64,000 nt of DNA from Neocallimastix sp. 'constans'. Its lineage: Eukaryota. Below are positions 41,374 through 55,047 of this stretch, piece after piece. The notes below the pieces were generated by a model that had not been told where the DNA came from, made no database searches, and saw nothing but the letters and a program-made list of their open reading frames with translations. The stretch spans positions 62,001-126,000 of the forward strand of contig JBODTK010000013.1 of assembly GCA_050613775.1 (NCBI GenBank). Direction: 5' to 3'. Every line of letters begins with the position of its first letter. The stretch's first letter is position 1. The position numbers and the translations under genes were made by a program.

Positions 41374-44300
41374 ATGGCTGGAAGAAGAAGAAACCAAGAA
41401 CAAGTTATCAATCTCACAGGAGAAGATATTACACATAACGGAATAACCTTTAATTATTCCGAAAATTTCAACCAAATTACTGAACTAAATACAGAAAACT
41501 ACCCAAGTTGGAGAAGAAAAATTCTGCATTTGCTAACAATAAATAAATTAACCAAATATGTCCTTCATCCAATTGTAAAGAAATTAAGAAAGAGAGATAT
41601 AAGAGAATTAACAGATTACCCGGAGGATCAATTTGATAGTTCGTTAGTTTATGAAAAGAACACTAAAAACATTGACATAACTAACGACATCACGGCCAAA
41701 TGGATTATCATAAATGGGCTTGGAGAACAAACACAAAAACTAATAAATGGAAATGAAAAGACCGCTTTTCAAATTTGGAACATCTTCCAAGAATCGTTTA
41801 CCAAAAGCAAGGAAAGAAGAAAAATCGAAATCCAAAATAAAATTGAAACAATGAAGTTTGACACCAAGACCGATATAAATATATTCATTGCCAATTTGCA
41901 AAATCTAATAGACGAACTTGAGAAAATTGACAATGACCTTAGTATAAATACAAAAATCGGCATTCTAAATAGATGCTTATCTGAAGATCTAAGGTGGATA
42001 AACGTCTTTCAACATAATAGTTGGGAATCATGATGCTCCTATGTTAAGGAAATCATCCCTAATATCGTTTTATCTAATTTAAAAGAAAAAAATTCCATTC
42101 AAGAAAACAACAATAATGTTCTCTTCAATGCTGAAACAAGAAAGAATAAGAATTATCGAAACAATAATAGAACTAAAGGTAAAAGAAAAAGCCTCAAAAG
42201 GAGTAGTGGAAGATGTAACTATTGTGGAAGAAGAGGACATTACTTCTATGAATGTAAATTCAGAAAAAATAATTTATATAAAAATCAAAACAAAAATAAA
42301 TTTAATAAAAGAACTAAAAACAAAAGAAAATTTCAAAACGATATTAATTATGTGAACACTAATGATGCCTCTTCAAGTAATTATGACACAATATACGCAT
42401 ATGCCTTTACTAAAGATTACAATACAGAAAATAATATTGAATTAAATTACTGTAACGTTGAAAAAGAATTTTTAAATGAAGATAGTGACAAAAACTTTCT
42501 TTCATGTTGGATTTTGGACTCCGGTGCTTCAATCAATATCACAAGCAATCTTAATCTTCTAATAGACATAAAAAAATGTAATGAAGAAATTAATCTAGCT
42601 AATGGACAAATAATTACAGCTGTCCATAAAGGAAAATTTAAGGGGTATGTAAACAACAATGAAGTAATACTTAATGAGGTATATTACTCTCCAGCCATCA
42701 ATAAAAATTTAATATCCATATGCAAATTACTAAAAGAAAATTACAAAATTGTTTTTAATAATTCAAATAATAAATCATATGCAATCATTTACAATAGCAA
42801 CAATAAAAGAATAGTTAACATTACTGCAACCAAGACTAATACATTTAAAATTTGGTTTTCCAATAATAAAATAAATCTCAATAATAATAACAATCAACAT
42901 AATAATTTAGAAATAAATTTCACTACACCAAATGCAGCAAAGAGATTAAATTTATGGCATAGAAGATTATGTCATTTTGATATTAGTCATATTAAAAACA
43001 AATTATTAAAACTTAATACACCAGTTAATCAATGCCCAATTTGTATGAATTCAAAACTTAAAAATAAACTATATAAGCAAGCAATAAATAAGTCAAAACA
43101 TATATTTGAATTACTTCACATAGACTTGGTTGGTCCTCTTCCTGAATCACTTTATGGTAACAAATATCTTTTTACAATCCTCGATGACTATTCACGCTAT
43201 GGATGGACTTTGTTTTTAAAATCTAAAAGTGACACCTTTAACTCATTTTACAATTGGTTTTTAAGTATTAAAAATAAGTATAATACTAGAATTATATATA
43301 TTCGAACGGATAATGGTACAGAATTTTGCAATAATAATTTTAATTTATTCTTTAAATCTTATGGTATTAAACATCAACTAACTGTACCATATAACCCACA
43401 ACAAAATGGAAGGGTGGAACGCTTCAATGGCACCCTAATTAACTCCGCCAAAGCTATGCTAAATGACTCTAAACTTAGTCATCAATTTTGGGAAGATGCT
43501 ACCTCTACGGCTAACTATATACATAATCGCATTCCACACAAAGGAATAAATATGAAAATACCTTATGAAATAATTAACAAAACAAAGGTCAACTACTCAA
43601 ATATTAAAGTATTTGGATGCAAAGTTTATTTCTTTATTCCTAAAGTCTTTAGATCTAAATTCGATAACAATACTAAACCAGGGATTTTTCTAGGATACTC
43701 TGAAAACCCATCAGCTTACAAAATTTTAGATATTACTACTAATAAAATAATCCTATCTAGATCTGTTGCCTTTTTCGAATCCAATCCTGGAAACAGTTAT
43801 CTTAAAGAATGCTCACCTGAATTTGCCAATTTTATTCCGGATCACGAAATCAGGGGAGATAATACATATAATACATATTATAATAAAAATACATACGATA
43901 CCAATACATATAACATTAATCATAATATTCAACAAAGATTAAATAAAATTGATTATCCAGGTTATAATGAATTTTTTAATTCAGAAAACATCCTAAGTAA
44001 TTCACCAATATTAAATAATAGCAATATATAAAATATATACGAAGATATAATCAATAAAAATAATTCTAAGAATAAAAGAAAATATAACAAAAAACAAAGA
44101 AATAATAATTACAGTAACAATAATAGTAACAATAACAATGAAAATATCAATAATGATAACCATAACAATAATTTCATTAATAATAATACAAATAATAATA
44201 ATAATATAAACAATAATAATAATAATAATAATAATAAAATAACCAATAATAATTTTATCAATAATAATAATACAAATAACGGTAATGATAATAATACAAA

Positions 44301-46092
44301 TAATAGTAATAATAAAATTAGAATTAATAATAATAATATTGAAAATAATAATAATAATATTGAAAACAGCAGAGTAAATGACAGCACAATTATCAATAAA
44401 AATTATATTCAACGTAATAGAAACGAAATTATAAATACTTTATTGACTAATAATAATTCATTTAAATTAAATAATATCGAGACCAATAATAAAAAAAGAA
44501 CTATGAATGTTATAAATGAAAGTAATAACAAAAGAAGAAAGACAATAAATACCTTAAGAGAACCAGAAAATTATAAAGACATTCAAAATTTAATTGATAG
44601 AAAAGAGTGGATTAATGCAGTAAATGAAGAATTAAGCAATATGAAAAACTTAAATGTATTTAATACAATTAAATATATACCCAAAAATGCCAATGTAATT
44701 TCCTCACGATGGATTTTCAAATATAAAAGAAATGCGAATGGCGAAATAACAAAAAGAAAGGAAAGATTGGTAGCACGAGGTTTTACCTAAGAATTTGGAA
44801 TAGACTTTCATGATACTTTTGCACCAACGTTAAAACACGACTCTATCAGAATTTTAACTTCAATTGCTGCCCAAAATAATTTTAATATAGAACAAATCGA
44901 TATAAACGCTGCTTACCTTAATGCCAAGTTAAGTGAAAATATTTATATGAAACCTCCAGAAGGTCATCCAGATTTTAATAGAAAATACTGGAAATTAAAC
45001 AAGGCTATATATGGTCTGAAACAAAGCAGACGAGAATGGAACAAAGAAATTAATAAATTCTTAACTAAAATAGGACTTAGAAGAATGGTAAGTGAACCAT
45101 GTATATATGTAAAAAATGGTAAGAATAAAAACATTTTATGTATCGTCGGTATTTATGTTGATGATATTTTAATCGCTGGAAAGGAGAATGAAATTAAATG
45201 TATAAAAGAATATTTCAAAAGAAAATATAAAATAAAAGAAATTGGCGACGTGGATTTCGTTATCGGAATAAAATTTGTTAAACACAAAAATGGATATTTT
45301 ATGCATCAAAGAAGATACATTATAGAGGTTTTAGAAAAATTCAATATGAATAATGAAAAACCATTAAGGAATACAAAACCAATTACGGACGACAAACTTA
45401 GAAATATAAAGTTTAATCGAACTACCTACCGAAGTGCAATAGGAAATTTACTCTACATTGCTATATGCACCAGACCTGATATTCTATTTTCGGTAAGTAA
45501 AGCAGCACGAAAATCAAATAATCCCAATATGGAAGACTGGAACAATGTCGTAAGAATACTAAGATATCTTAAGGGAACAACGAGTTACGGAATAAACTAT
45601 ACAAGGAAACTAGGAATAGAAGCCTTTGTTGATGCTGACTTTGCAGGAGACACTGAAACCAGAAGATCAACAACAGGTTTTTTAGTAACCATGGGCAACG
45701 CACCAACTAGCTGGTGTTCCAAGCTACAACACTGTGTGTCAACATCTACTGCAGAATCGGAGTATTATAGTCTGAGTGAATGTGGCAAGCACTGCATTTG
45801 GTATTTAAACTTAATGAAAGAATTATATTATAATATTAAATGTATTAAAATAAAAATAGATAACAAAGCTGCCATATTCAATAGCATAAATCAATCCATT
45901 AATCCGAAGACAAAACATATTGATATAAGAATTCATTATATTAGAGAAATAATAAATAAAAATTTTATAAAATTAGAATATATTCAATCTCAAAATAATT
46001 TGGCCGATGGATTCACTAAATATCTAAACAACACCCTTATGGAAAAATTCAGAAATTCTTTGTTATATAAAATTGAGGATTTAAAATTTTAA
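41374..46092 (+). pseudogene. gag-pol: Single-frame gag-pol with three premature stops (42031, 44029, 44788)
   Basis: ORFs at 41374, 42352, 44443 and 44947 share one frame. Contains the zinc knuckle, WILDSGAS, integrase HHCC/DDE, YVDDIL and RNase H DADFAG/KHIDIR motifs. Confidence 0.95.
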
Positions 46093-47894
46093 TTCTAAAA
46101 ATATAGTTAAAATTAAACAAATGTAACATTAAAACGAAGTTAAATTTGAGGAGGAGTGTTAAAATATATTTACTATATTTCATTTTATATTAACCAATCA
46201 ATTAGTTTAATAAATAATATTCATGTATAAAAGCTTTCTAAATGAATATGTTTCTCTTTAGTTCTATTTTTATAAAAAAAAATATATTAATAAATAATAT
46301 AATATCTATAATATAAATAAATTAAACTATTATTTAATTATATAAACATTAATGTGTCTAAAAAATACTATAAAAATGTACAATATCATATATAAATTTA
46401 ATTATTATATTTTTATATAATAAAAAAGATTTTTATTTTAACAAATACTATTAATATTATTATTAAAGATTTATCATTAAATATAATTTAATACTAATTT
46501 ATGAAAAAATTATTATATTAAATTTTAAGAATAGAATAAATTTTTATATTGGATTTCCAAGAACACTAAAATATAAATAAGATTTTTTAAAATATATTAT
46601 GTTATAAAATAAATTAACTTAAAATTGAAAAATAAGTTAAATATTTAATAATTATAATAATAAACGAAATTCATTTTCATATTATATAAATAAATAATAA
46701 TTTTTAATATTTTTTATAATTTTTTTTAAAAATATAGTTTATTTTATTAAAATTAAATTTTTTATGTTATGTTATTATTTGGCCAAAGTCTCAGAATATC
46801 TAATAAATTCGTGGCAGACGTATAAAGTACATAATATTATATATATAATGTATTGGCTTAGAATATAACCTTTTAATTCATATACTATTAATAAATAGAC
46901 ATTTTTAAGTAATAAATATAAAATAATTAAAATTAAAGATTAAAAATTATTAAAATTATAATATCAAAAATTTAGTATAAATATTACATAAATAATATTA
47001 TTATATTAAAACCCAGATTATTTATCTTATAAAAAAAAGTTTTATTAATTCTATTTTTATTTAAAATACCTTTTAAAAAATAATAAATTATATTTATATA
47101 ATTAATTACAATAATACTTAATGTTGAAATTAGTATAAAATCATTGTATATCCTATAATATCTAATAGAAAATATTTTATATATTATTACTATTAATTTT
47201 TCTTCATTAACATATATATGTTAAAATTACATAAAATTGGAAATTAAGTAATTTATAAATTTTTATATATTATTGTTGAAATAAATATAACAAGTTATTA
47301 ATTTTAAAGATATTATTTCTTTTTTAAATAATAAAATTACATAATATTTCAATTTATCTCATAATTAAATTTTTGAATAAATTTTTTTAATATTAATTAA
47401 GACTCAAACATTTTATTGTAAAATTTATTTTAAATTATTAATAAAAAAAAAATATTAAAATATGAATTGATATATAAATTATTTAATATTATTATAAAAT
47501 TTTTTATTATGTTAGAGATAATAATTTGAAATATTTAATTATTATTAATTAATTAATATAAAAGTTAATTAAAAAAAATATTATAATTTTATTAGAATAT
47601 GATAAATTTAAAAGCATATAAGTACTAATTTAATATTTTTAATATATATAATAAACAATTTTGCATAACTTAAAATATTATATTTAAAATAATAATTAAT
47701 TAATAATTAATTTTTTATTAATCATTAAGTAATTTCTTTAATCATTATATTACTAAAGTATAACTGTATACTAATATAAATTAAATATATTTATATTTAT
47801 AGAATTTTTGAATTTAAATTATTTTTTATTTAATAAGTTAAAAAAAACAAATAATTGTATTTAAGTAGAGTATATATTTATAATAACAATATAG

Positions 47895-50459
47895 ATGATA
47901 ATGCACTATAAAGTGATAAAAAAATTATTTCTTTTTTATTATTATATATTATTCTTTTTAGTTAACGTTATTAATTGTTGCAAAATCGACTTTATTAAAT
48001 ATAATAATTTAATTCACGTTAATCAAACTAAATTATATAATAATAATAATAACATTTTAACTAAATCAAATACTTTTTTGGAAAGTAGATGTTCAAAAGA
48101 AAAAGATGATTTAAGTTATATTCTGAATTATAAGGGAGGAATTCTTGAACCGGAATGGAAATGGGTAAAAAATGTTTCAGTTGTATATACATGGGTTGAT
48201 GGTTCTGACATAAATTTTCAAGACTTAAAGTCAAAATATAATGGTGGAATTACAAACAATAATAATAGATATCGTTCAGTTGATGAACTTCGTTATTCAA
48301 TTCGATCTTTAGAAAAATATATGCCTTGGCATCAAGGAACAATTTATATTGTAACATGTCATCAAATACCAAAGTGGTTAGATATTAACAATCCAAGAAT
48401 TAAAATAATTGATCATACATCTATTTTTCCAAAATTCTTATTTCCAACTTTTGATTCAACTATTATTGAATTTTATATTGATAAAATTCCAGGGATAACT
48501 GAACGATTTATTTATTTCAATGATGATTTTTTTCTAAATAATTATATTCATCCAAGTTTCTTTTTTACAAATAAAGGTTATATAAAAATATATAAAGGAA
48601 AAACATTATTACAAGTTTCAAAGAAAATTTTTAAACGTAATATATTTAAAAAACAAAATATGTTTGATAACATGTGTTACAATACTCGAAAAAGAATACG
48701 TACTTATTTTAATAAAGATTTTCAATATAATTATTTACAACATTATCCTTATGTTATGTATCGTGATTTAATGGAGCCATTTCGTCAATTTTTCAAAGAA
48801 GATTTAAAATTATTTTGGATGGATAAATTTAGAAATTGGGAAAAAGTTCATTTATTATATCTTTATTTAACTTTTATAGAATATTCAAGTAGTAATAGTC
48901 ATATTCTAAAACTAAATAATGAATTTAATTCAACTAACAATAATACAATAATAGATTATTCTTCTGTTGAAGTTCCTATTTCAATTAGTACCAAATTAGT
49001 TAAATTTGGTTCAGTAACAGATAATTCTGAAAAAAATAAAAAACAATTTGATTATATTAAAACTCACTCTGATATTCTTGTTTTTAATTTCAATGATGAC
49101 TATTCTAAACATTATCCCTCGCTTGAACTTCTCGAATTTATGATGACAAGATTTCCTGAACCATCATCTTTTGAAAAAAAGGAATATGTCGAATTGGAAA
49201 AAATGACTTATAAAAAAATTATAAATTTTTCTATTTCTAATAGATTTATTTATAATAAAGCTCAAAACAAAACCAACAATGAAAATAAGAATTTATGTAT
49301 TGAACTATCTAAAAATGTCATTTTAGAAGATTATATAAATAAAAAAGAAGAACTTCAAGGACCAAAAAAAGAAATAAGCGATAGAGAAAAAGAAGAAATA
49401 GAATTTCTATTTAATTATAAAGGTGAAAAACTTGATAATGAATGGGAGTGGGCAAAAACTCTATCTATAGTATATATTTTCGAAAATAATGAAAGTACAA
49501 AAGCAATAGAAATGAATAAACTGAAGTATTCATTACGTTCAATAGAAAAATATTTACCATGGTTTGAAGGAAATATATATATAATAATTAGTAAAGAAGA
49601 TCAAAAAGAATTTAAATGGATAAATTCTAATATTAATAATATTAAATTAATAAATCAAAAACATTTAATACCAAATAAAAATTTATTCAATAGACATGCT
49701 ATTGAAATGTTTTTGGATAAAATTCCAGGATTATCTGAACGGTTTATTTATATAAATAATAATCACTACTTTATAAACTATACTCATCCACGATTCTTTT
49801 TTAATAAAGAATTTTTCCCTAAATACAATTTTGAAAAAATACTTTCAAACAACGAAGTAAATCAAATAAAAGATTCCAATAATTCATTTTTCAATACTTA
49901 TAAAATTATTATTAATTATTTCGGTAAACACTATGTAAATGGCTTGCAGTACTATAAAAATGCACCTTATCCACTTTATCGAGATCTTTTTAATCCAGTT
50001 CGTCAACTCTATAAGAATTATGTTAAGAATTTAGTAAATGGTAAATATTCATTAAATAACTCTATTCTTCCAATGTACATGATTACCACATATAATATTT
50101 ATGGCACAAATCATCCTTATTTTCCTAATACTATTGGTGGTTATGGAAAAGCAAAAAAATCAAAACCTATTGTTCTTAATCCTTTAAGAAAAATTGAATT
50201 TTATGGATTTGATATCACGTCTCCTGCAATATCAAATAAAACCATGAGATTAGATATTTCATTTAAAAAAGAGTTTAATTCATTAAATGACTTAAATAAT
50301 ATAAATAATTGTACATATGAAACGCAAAAATATTTTGATAAAATAGTCTCGGAAGAAAAATTGTTTTTTAGTCTTAAAGAAGTAGAATATTCAAATTTGG
50401 ATTGTTTCTTAAAAATTATGAATCTAATATTCAACAAAAAATCTCTTTTTGAATTATAG
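47895..50459 (+). CDS. Stealth-family hexose-1-phosphate transferase with two tandem modules, intronless
   Basis: N-terminal hydrophobic segment; CR1 VVYTWVDGSD; CR2 ELRYSIRSLEKYMPW...IPGITERFIYFNDDFF; FNFNDD. The second module has LKYSLRSIEKYLPW...IPGLSERFIYINNNHY. Confidence 0.9.
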   Translation: MIMHYKVIKKLFLFYYYILFFLVNVINCCKIDFIKYNNLIHVNQTKLYNNNNNILTKSNTFLESRCSKEKDDLSYILNYKGGILEPEWKWVKNVSVVYTWVDGSDINFQDLKSKYNGGITNNNNRYRSVDELRYSIRSLEKYMPWHQGTIYIVTCHQIPKWLDINNPRIKIIDHTSIFPKFLFPTFDSTIIEFYIDKIPGITERFIYFNDDFFLNNYIHPSFFFTNKGYIKIYKGKTLLQVSKKIFKRNIFKKQNMFDNMCYNTRKRIRTYFNKDFQYNYLQHYPYVMYRDLMEPFRQFFKEDLKLFWMDKFRNWEKVHLLYLYLTFIEYSSSNSHILKLNNEFNSTNNNTIIDYSSVEVPISISTKLVKFGSVTDNSEKNKKQFDYIKTHSDILVFNFNDDYSKHYPSLELLEFMMTRFPEPSSFEKKEYVELEKMTYKKIINFSISNRFIYNKAQNKTNNENKNLCIELSKNVILEDYINKKEELQGPKKEISDREKEEIEFLFNYKGEKLDNEWEWAKTLSIVYIFENNESTKAIEMNKLKYSLRSIEKYLPWFEGNIYIIISKEDQKEFKWINSNINNIKLINQKHLIPNKNLFNRHAIEMFLDKIPGLSERFIYINNNHYFINYTHPRFFFNKEFFPKYNFEKILSNNEVNQIKDSNNSFFNTYKIIINYFGKHYVNGLQYYKNAPYPLYRDLFNPVRQLYKNYVKNLVNGKYSLNNSILPMYMITTYNIYGTNHPYFPNTIGGYGKAKKSKPIVLNPLRKIEFYGFDITSPAISNKTMRLDISFKKEFNSLNDLNNINNCTYETQKYFDKIVSEEKLFFSLKEVEYSNLDCFLKIMNLIFNKKSLFEL

Positions 50460-50699
50460 TATTTTTAATAGAGTATATTATTATTTCAATATTATTTTTT
50501 TATAGATATTTCATAATAAATGATATTAATTTATAACAAAAATAAATTTTTAAATAATTAAAATTTTAAATTTTATAAAATTTATTAAGATACAGTTTAA
50601 TACACCATAACATTAATAAAAACATGTTTATATTATTTAGTATTGATTGTTATTATAGATTTTATTTTACTTATTGATTTCATTTATTTTATATACATA

Positions 50700-51330
50700 A
50701 TTTATAATTTTACTTTTATCACTTCCTGTCAAATCTGATTCCATTATCTTTAAAAGTTAGATTTATTAGTAGTGGTAATTATCAAGTTTTGTTAGAAGTG
50801 ATCTCTTATATTTATTCCTAAATGGTCCATATAGATATTCAGTAGGATTATTTTCTGACTCTATGCTCTTCGGTTTAATTTATTTCCATGACATGATTTC
50901 TTATATTTTGATTTTTACAGTTATGTAATTTGATCTTAAGTACATATTTGATATTTATTTTATAGTTAAATATTAAGGATAATAGATTCATTTAAAAAGG
51001 TATTCAAAGATATTGAGTAATGCTCCATAAATGGTTCGTGCTAAACTTAAAAGTAGGATTTTCATAATATCTTAAAGATACAAAGTTCTAATGGATTAAT
51101 AACAAATGTAGACTAATCACTAATTTCGGTGGTATTTAGATGAGAAATTGACAAATTTAATCCATATGAAAATGAAGTTTCACAGTTTTACAAAAAGAAT
51201 CGCGTTTACTAAACTCAATAATCCTGTAGAAATTCATATCTCCAGTTTTTTTTTTTGTAACTTATACCAATTTAAATTTATTGTATGAAAAAAAGGTATT
51301 AGTCCACTTAAATAGGGTCGTTGACAATAA
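50700..51330 (-). pseudogene. Possible highly decayed copia RT remnant
   Basis: KLARTIYG-like and SDLTG-like scraps on the minus strand; weak evidence. Confidence 0.35.
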
Positions 51331-52720
51331 AATTATTTTATGTGATATTCAAATACATTTAAATACTAGATATAAATATCAATATTATAATTACTAAACG
51401 TAATTCTATGTATACATTAAATAAGGCATAAAGATATTAATGATTATAATTTAATTCTTATCAAAATTTTTAAAAATTTGGATAACTAGAAAAGTTAAGA
51501 TGTATCCTTTGTTACATGTAATCATAATTAACTAATATTATTTATGTTTTAAAATAATCTTAAATGATAATAAATTTTATTTGTTAAATAATTTCTATAA
51601 TTAATCAATATTCAAATATTTGTGTTAATAAACAAGCCTAATTTATTAAAGATTAAAAATCTCACATGTTAATAAATGCTTTAGTAATATAATTTTTATC
51701 CACATGGAGTTCTCATCGATGAATGGAAAAAAGAGTTAAAGTCTATTTCCTCTTTGAAATTCATTTTATAATTTTTTTAATATTATTGTAAAAAATTTTT
51801 TTATAGATTTTATGTTTAAATATTTGTAAATAAAATTTATTACTAGTCTAAAATAAAAAAAAAAAAATTGTCGGCTTATTATAAAAGGAAATACTTTTAT
51901 ATTTTTATTATTCTCTAAATTTTATATATATAAATTCTGTTCTGTTATCAGAAAAAGAATACCTAATCTTATTATCCTAAATTTGTGTCATATATTTATT
52001 TTTAATATTAAAGAATCAATTCTAAAATGATGAATATTGTTAGAAAATGAATATCTAATTTGGCCTGTTTATTAAAAGGAGTTATTGTTGTTGAAGAGAT
52101 TTATATTATAAAATATTTATAGTTATTTTATTAAGGTTATACAAATATATTACTGGTCTTATACTTGAAAATATATGTATTAAAATATATCACAAAACTC
52201 CTTAATATTATATATATACAAAACTTCAATATTTATATTTTAACAAATATATATCATTTTACTTCTAAAAAAGAATATACTAATTCTGTACCAATCAAAA
52301 TGATAAAATTTACTGGACTTACATTACTAAAAAAAAAAAAAAAAAAAATAGATGAAATCAATATAGAAACATAAATAATTTTAAGTTTTATTTAAATGTT
52401 TTAATCTATGTTCATATAAATTTTGATTATATATTATTTATATAAAAAATATAAATAATATATTTTATTTTTGATATTTTTATAATAATACTTTTTTATA
52501 TTATTAGAAAATTATTAAAACTTGTTGTACATAATAATAATTAAATATTTTTCATTTTATATTAACAAATCATCAATAATATTTATATTTTATTAAAAAA
52601 TTATTTATTTTTTGTTTTGTAATTAAAAGTTATATCACTTAATTTTAAATTGAATAGCGTTAATTAGTATATCTAATAATTCAATTATTTTTTTTTTTAA
52701 TTCATATTTTAATTAAAATT

Positions 52721-53485
52721 TTATAATCTTTTTTTTTTATTTTTTATTTTCTTTTTCATAGAATTTTTTTTCATATTTTTATAGAGCCTTTTTAATTGCT
52801 TTTTTCCGTAATTACAGAGACTTCCCATTCTTTGTTTATAGTAATAATAAATTCCTTCATCTGGCGCTTTATATATTTTTGGATGTTGATAATAGCAATT
52901 TTTTCTAAAAATTTTATCTTCCATAAATCTTTTATTGGTTGGAAATCTAATGTTATTATCATCCAAAAATTTTCTTCGAAAGATGCTGTCGCATACAAAT
53001 CCTTCTATATTTGTGAAATTTTCATGATGAATATATTTATCAGATCCATTAATACTTCTTACAAAAGTACCAACGACAACATCATAATTTTTTGTATATT
53101 GGTATAAATTTTCAAAAAATTTTTCATCAACATAGTCATCACTATCCAGGAAGCCAATAAATTCACCGTTTGAGATATTAATTCCAGTATTTCTACTAAT
53201 AGATGGTCCTTTATTTTCTTCAAAATGAATTATTCTAATTCTACTATCTTTTTTTTTAAATTCATTCAATATATTAAAAGAATTATCAGTGGATGAATCA
53301 TCAATACAGATTATTTCTATTTCCTTCAAAGATTGGTTCAATACCGACTGAATAGAGCGTTCTAAATAAAGTTCAGTATTATATACAGGTATAACAACAG
53401 ATATCTTAATTTTTGAATAACTTTTTACTGTTAATAAAATAACAATAAAAAAAAACAAAAAAACTAATTTTTTTAATATAAACAT
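52721..53485 (-). CDS. Glycosyltransferase family 2 protein with N-terminal signal/anchor, intronless
   Basis: ISVVIPVYNTE, EIICIDDSSTD, RNTGINISNGEFIGFLDSDDY and MED motifs. Confidence 0.92.
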   Translation of the reverse strand: MFILKKLVFLFFFIVILLTVKSYSKIKISVVIPVYNTELYLERSIQSVLNQSLKEIEIICIDDSSTDNSFNILNEFKKKDSRIRIIHFEENKGPSISRNTGINISNGEFIGFLDSDDYVDEKFFENLYQYTKNYDVVVGTFVRSINGSDKYIHHENFTNIEGFVCDSIFRRKFLDDNNIRFPTNKRFMEDKIFRKNCYYQHPKIYKAPDEGIYYYYKQRMGSLCNYGKKQLKRLYKNMKKNSMKKKIKNKKKRL

Positions 53486-54998
53486 TCTTTAATAATAATA
53501 CAATTTTTTTTTTTTGTAAATTTGTTTTAATTATTTTCAACGATTTAATTATTAATTTATGTAGTTGAACAATTTTTTAGAATCGTATTAGTTTAAAAGT
53601 TGAATTTAACTTTAAATTTACAAAAAATTTTTAAATTTTTTTAAAACTAATATTAAAAGAATTATTTATTATAAAAGTTTATAATGTAAATATTCATTAT
53701 AGAAGTAATAAAGAAATTGAATATTTTATTTCCATTATTGAAAAAAAAAAAGCCTTTTTTAAGTAATGATTTTTTTTAAAAATAATAAAATTTTAAATAT
53801 ATTTACCTTAATTTAATTAAGAATAATGATGAAAAATATTTTTTTTTAAAAAAAAAATTGTAATAAAATATTTTTTTTTTTTTGAAACTGTTATGAATTA
53901 TTTATATGGAAGTTAAAAAAAATTAAATAAACAAAATAAATGATTATTTTTATTTATTTATTAAATTATTCATAAAAATTTTAAAATAAGATTTAATTTA
54001 AACAATTAAAAAAAAAATAAAATAAAATGAAATAGTTAATTTTCATTTTTTTTCCTTCAATTTTAAATTATCTTTTATTATATAAATTTATAAATTCATA
54101 AAAAAAATAAATTTTATTTTATTATGTAATATATTAAATATTTTATTTTATTTAATACTACAAAAACTATTTTAAATTATTAATATTTAATGAATTATTA
54201 ATTGTATTAATTAATATAAATAATATTTACTTTATAAATAAGTTAAAATAAGAATGTAATCTGTATTAATGCTTTATTAATTTTTCAATATTTATATTTT
54301 ATATTATAAGGTTGAAAAAAAAAGGATTTAAAATTTTTATAATAATTTTATTTTACCTTCATATTATTTTAATAAGTAATAAAGCAATATTAATACTACA
54401 TGCATAGAGAAATTTAACCATTTAAATTTATTTCATTTTAAAATAAACGATTTTATTCTATTTTTTATTAATAATTAAAATTTATTTATTAAAGTAAATG
54501 TATAAATAAATAAGTTTTAAACCTTTAAAAACTTAAAATTACTAAAAATAAAAAATAAATTTTAATAAAGAAAAAAAATATGTAAAATATTAAATATATT
54601 TTTTAATATATTTTTTAATTCTATTTTTTATTTTTTATTATTTATAATTACTTTAAAAAAAGAGATACTAAAAAAGCTTATTAATTAAAAGAAATAACTT
54701 AATAAAATATATTTATTCTTGTAAACAAAAAATTTTTCTTCACAATAATTAAAAACTTCTTTAAACAAGTTCAGACTAGTAGGGCCAATGTCTCTGAAAG
54801 GAGATGACCATAATTTCTTTTTAGATAGTCCATTCAAACCCTAATCCATAAATTTATGAGGTTTCTTTCAAGGAGCTTTTTTTCCTGAATTTATTTATGC
54901 ACTTTTATTTATGAATAATAGTTTTTATTTCATGTTACTATTTTAAATTATATTATTTTCCAATATGTATAAATAATTTTTTTTTTTTAATTAATTAT

Positions 54999-55047
<49 letters not shown>

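Larger units (their letters stand above)
40257..46363 (+). mobile_element. Full-length Ty1/copia LTR retrotransposon (LTRs 40257-40464 and 46157-46363, TSD AATAC)
   Basis: Near-identical 207-208 bp LTRs, TSD at 40252-40256 and 46364-46368, PBS 40465-40477, PPT GAGGAGGAG before 46157. Confidence 0.96.
40133..46443 (+). repeat. Family B LTR split by the full-length insertion (parts 40133-40256 and 46369-46443)
   Basis: PPT AAGTTAGATTTGAGGGAGA, then TGTTAG...GATATGTGACCAATA...AATAC. The LTR resumes after the TSD with TATAAAAATGTAC...TTTTAACA. Confidence 0.8.

Noticed and set aside
42031..42033. Programmed stop-codon readthrough between gag and pol
   Set aside because: The TGA aligns with a sense (Cys-region) codon in the other gags and is not conserved.
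44011..44412. Hydrophobic Ile/Leu-rich minus-strand ORFs (also 21958-22296) as env-like or antisense genes
   Set aside because: They are simply the reverse complement of the AAT-rich Asn tract.
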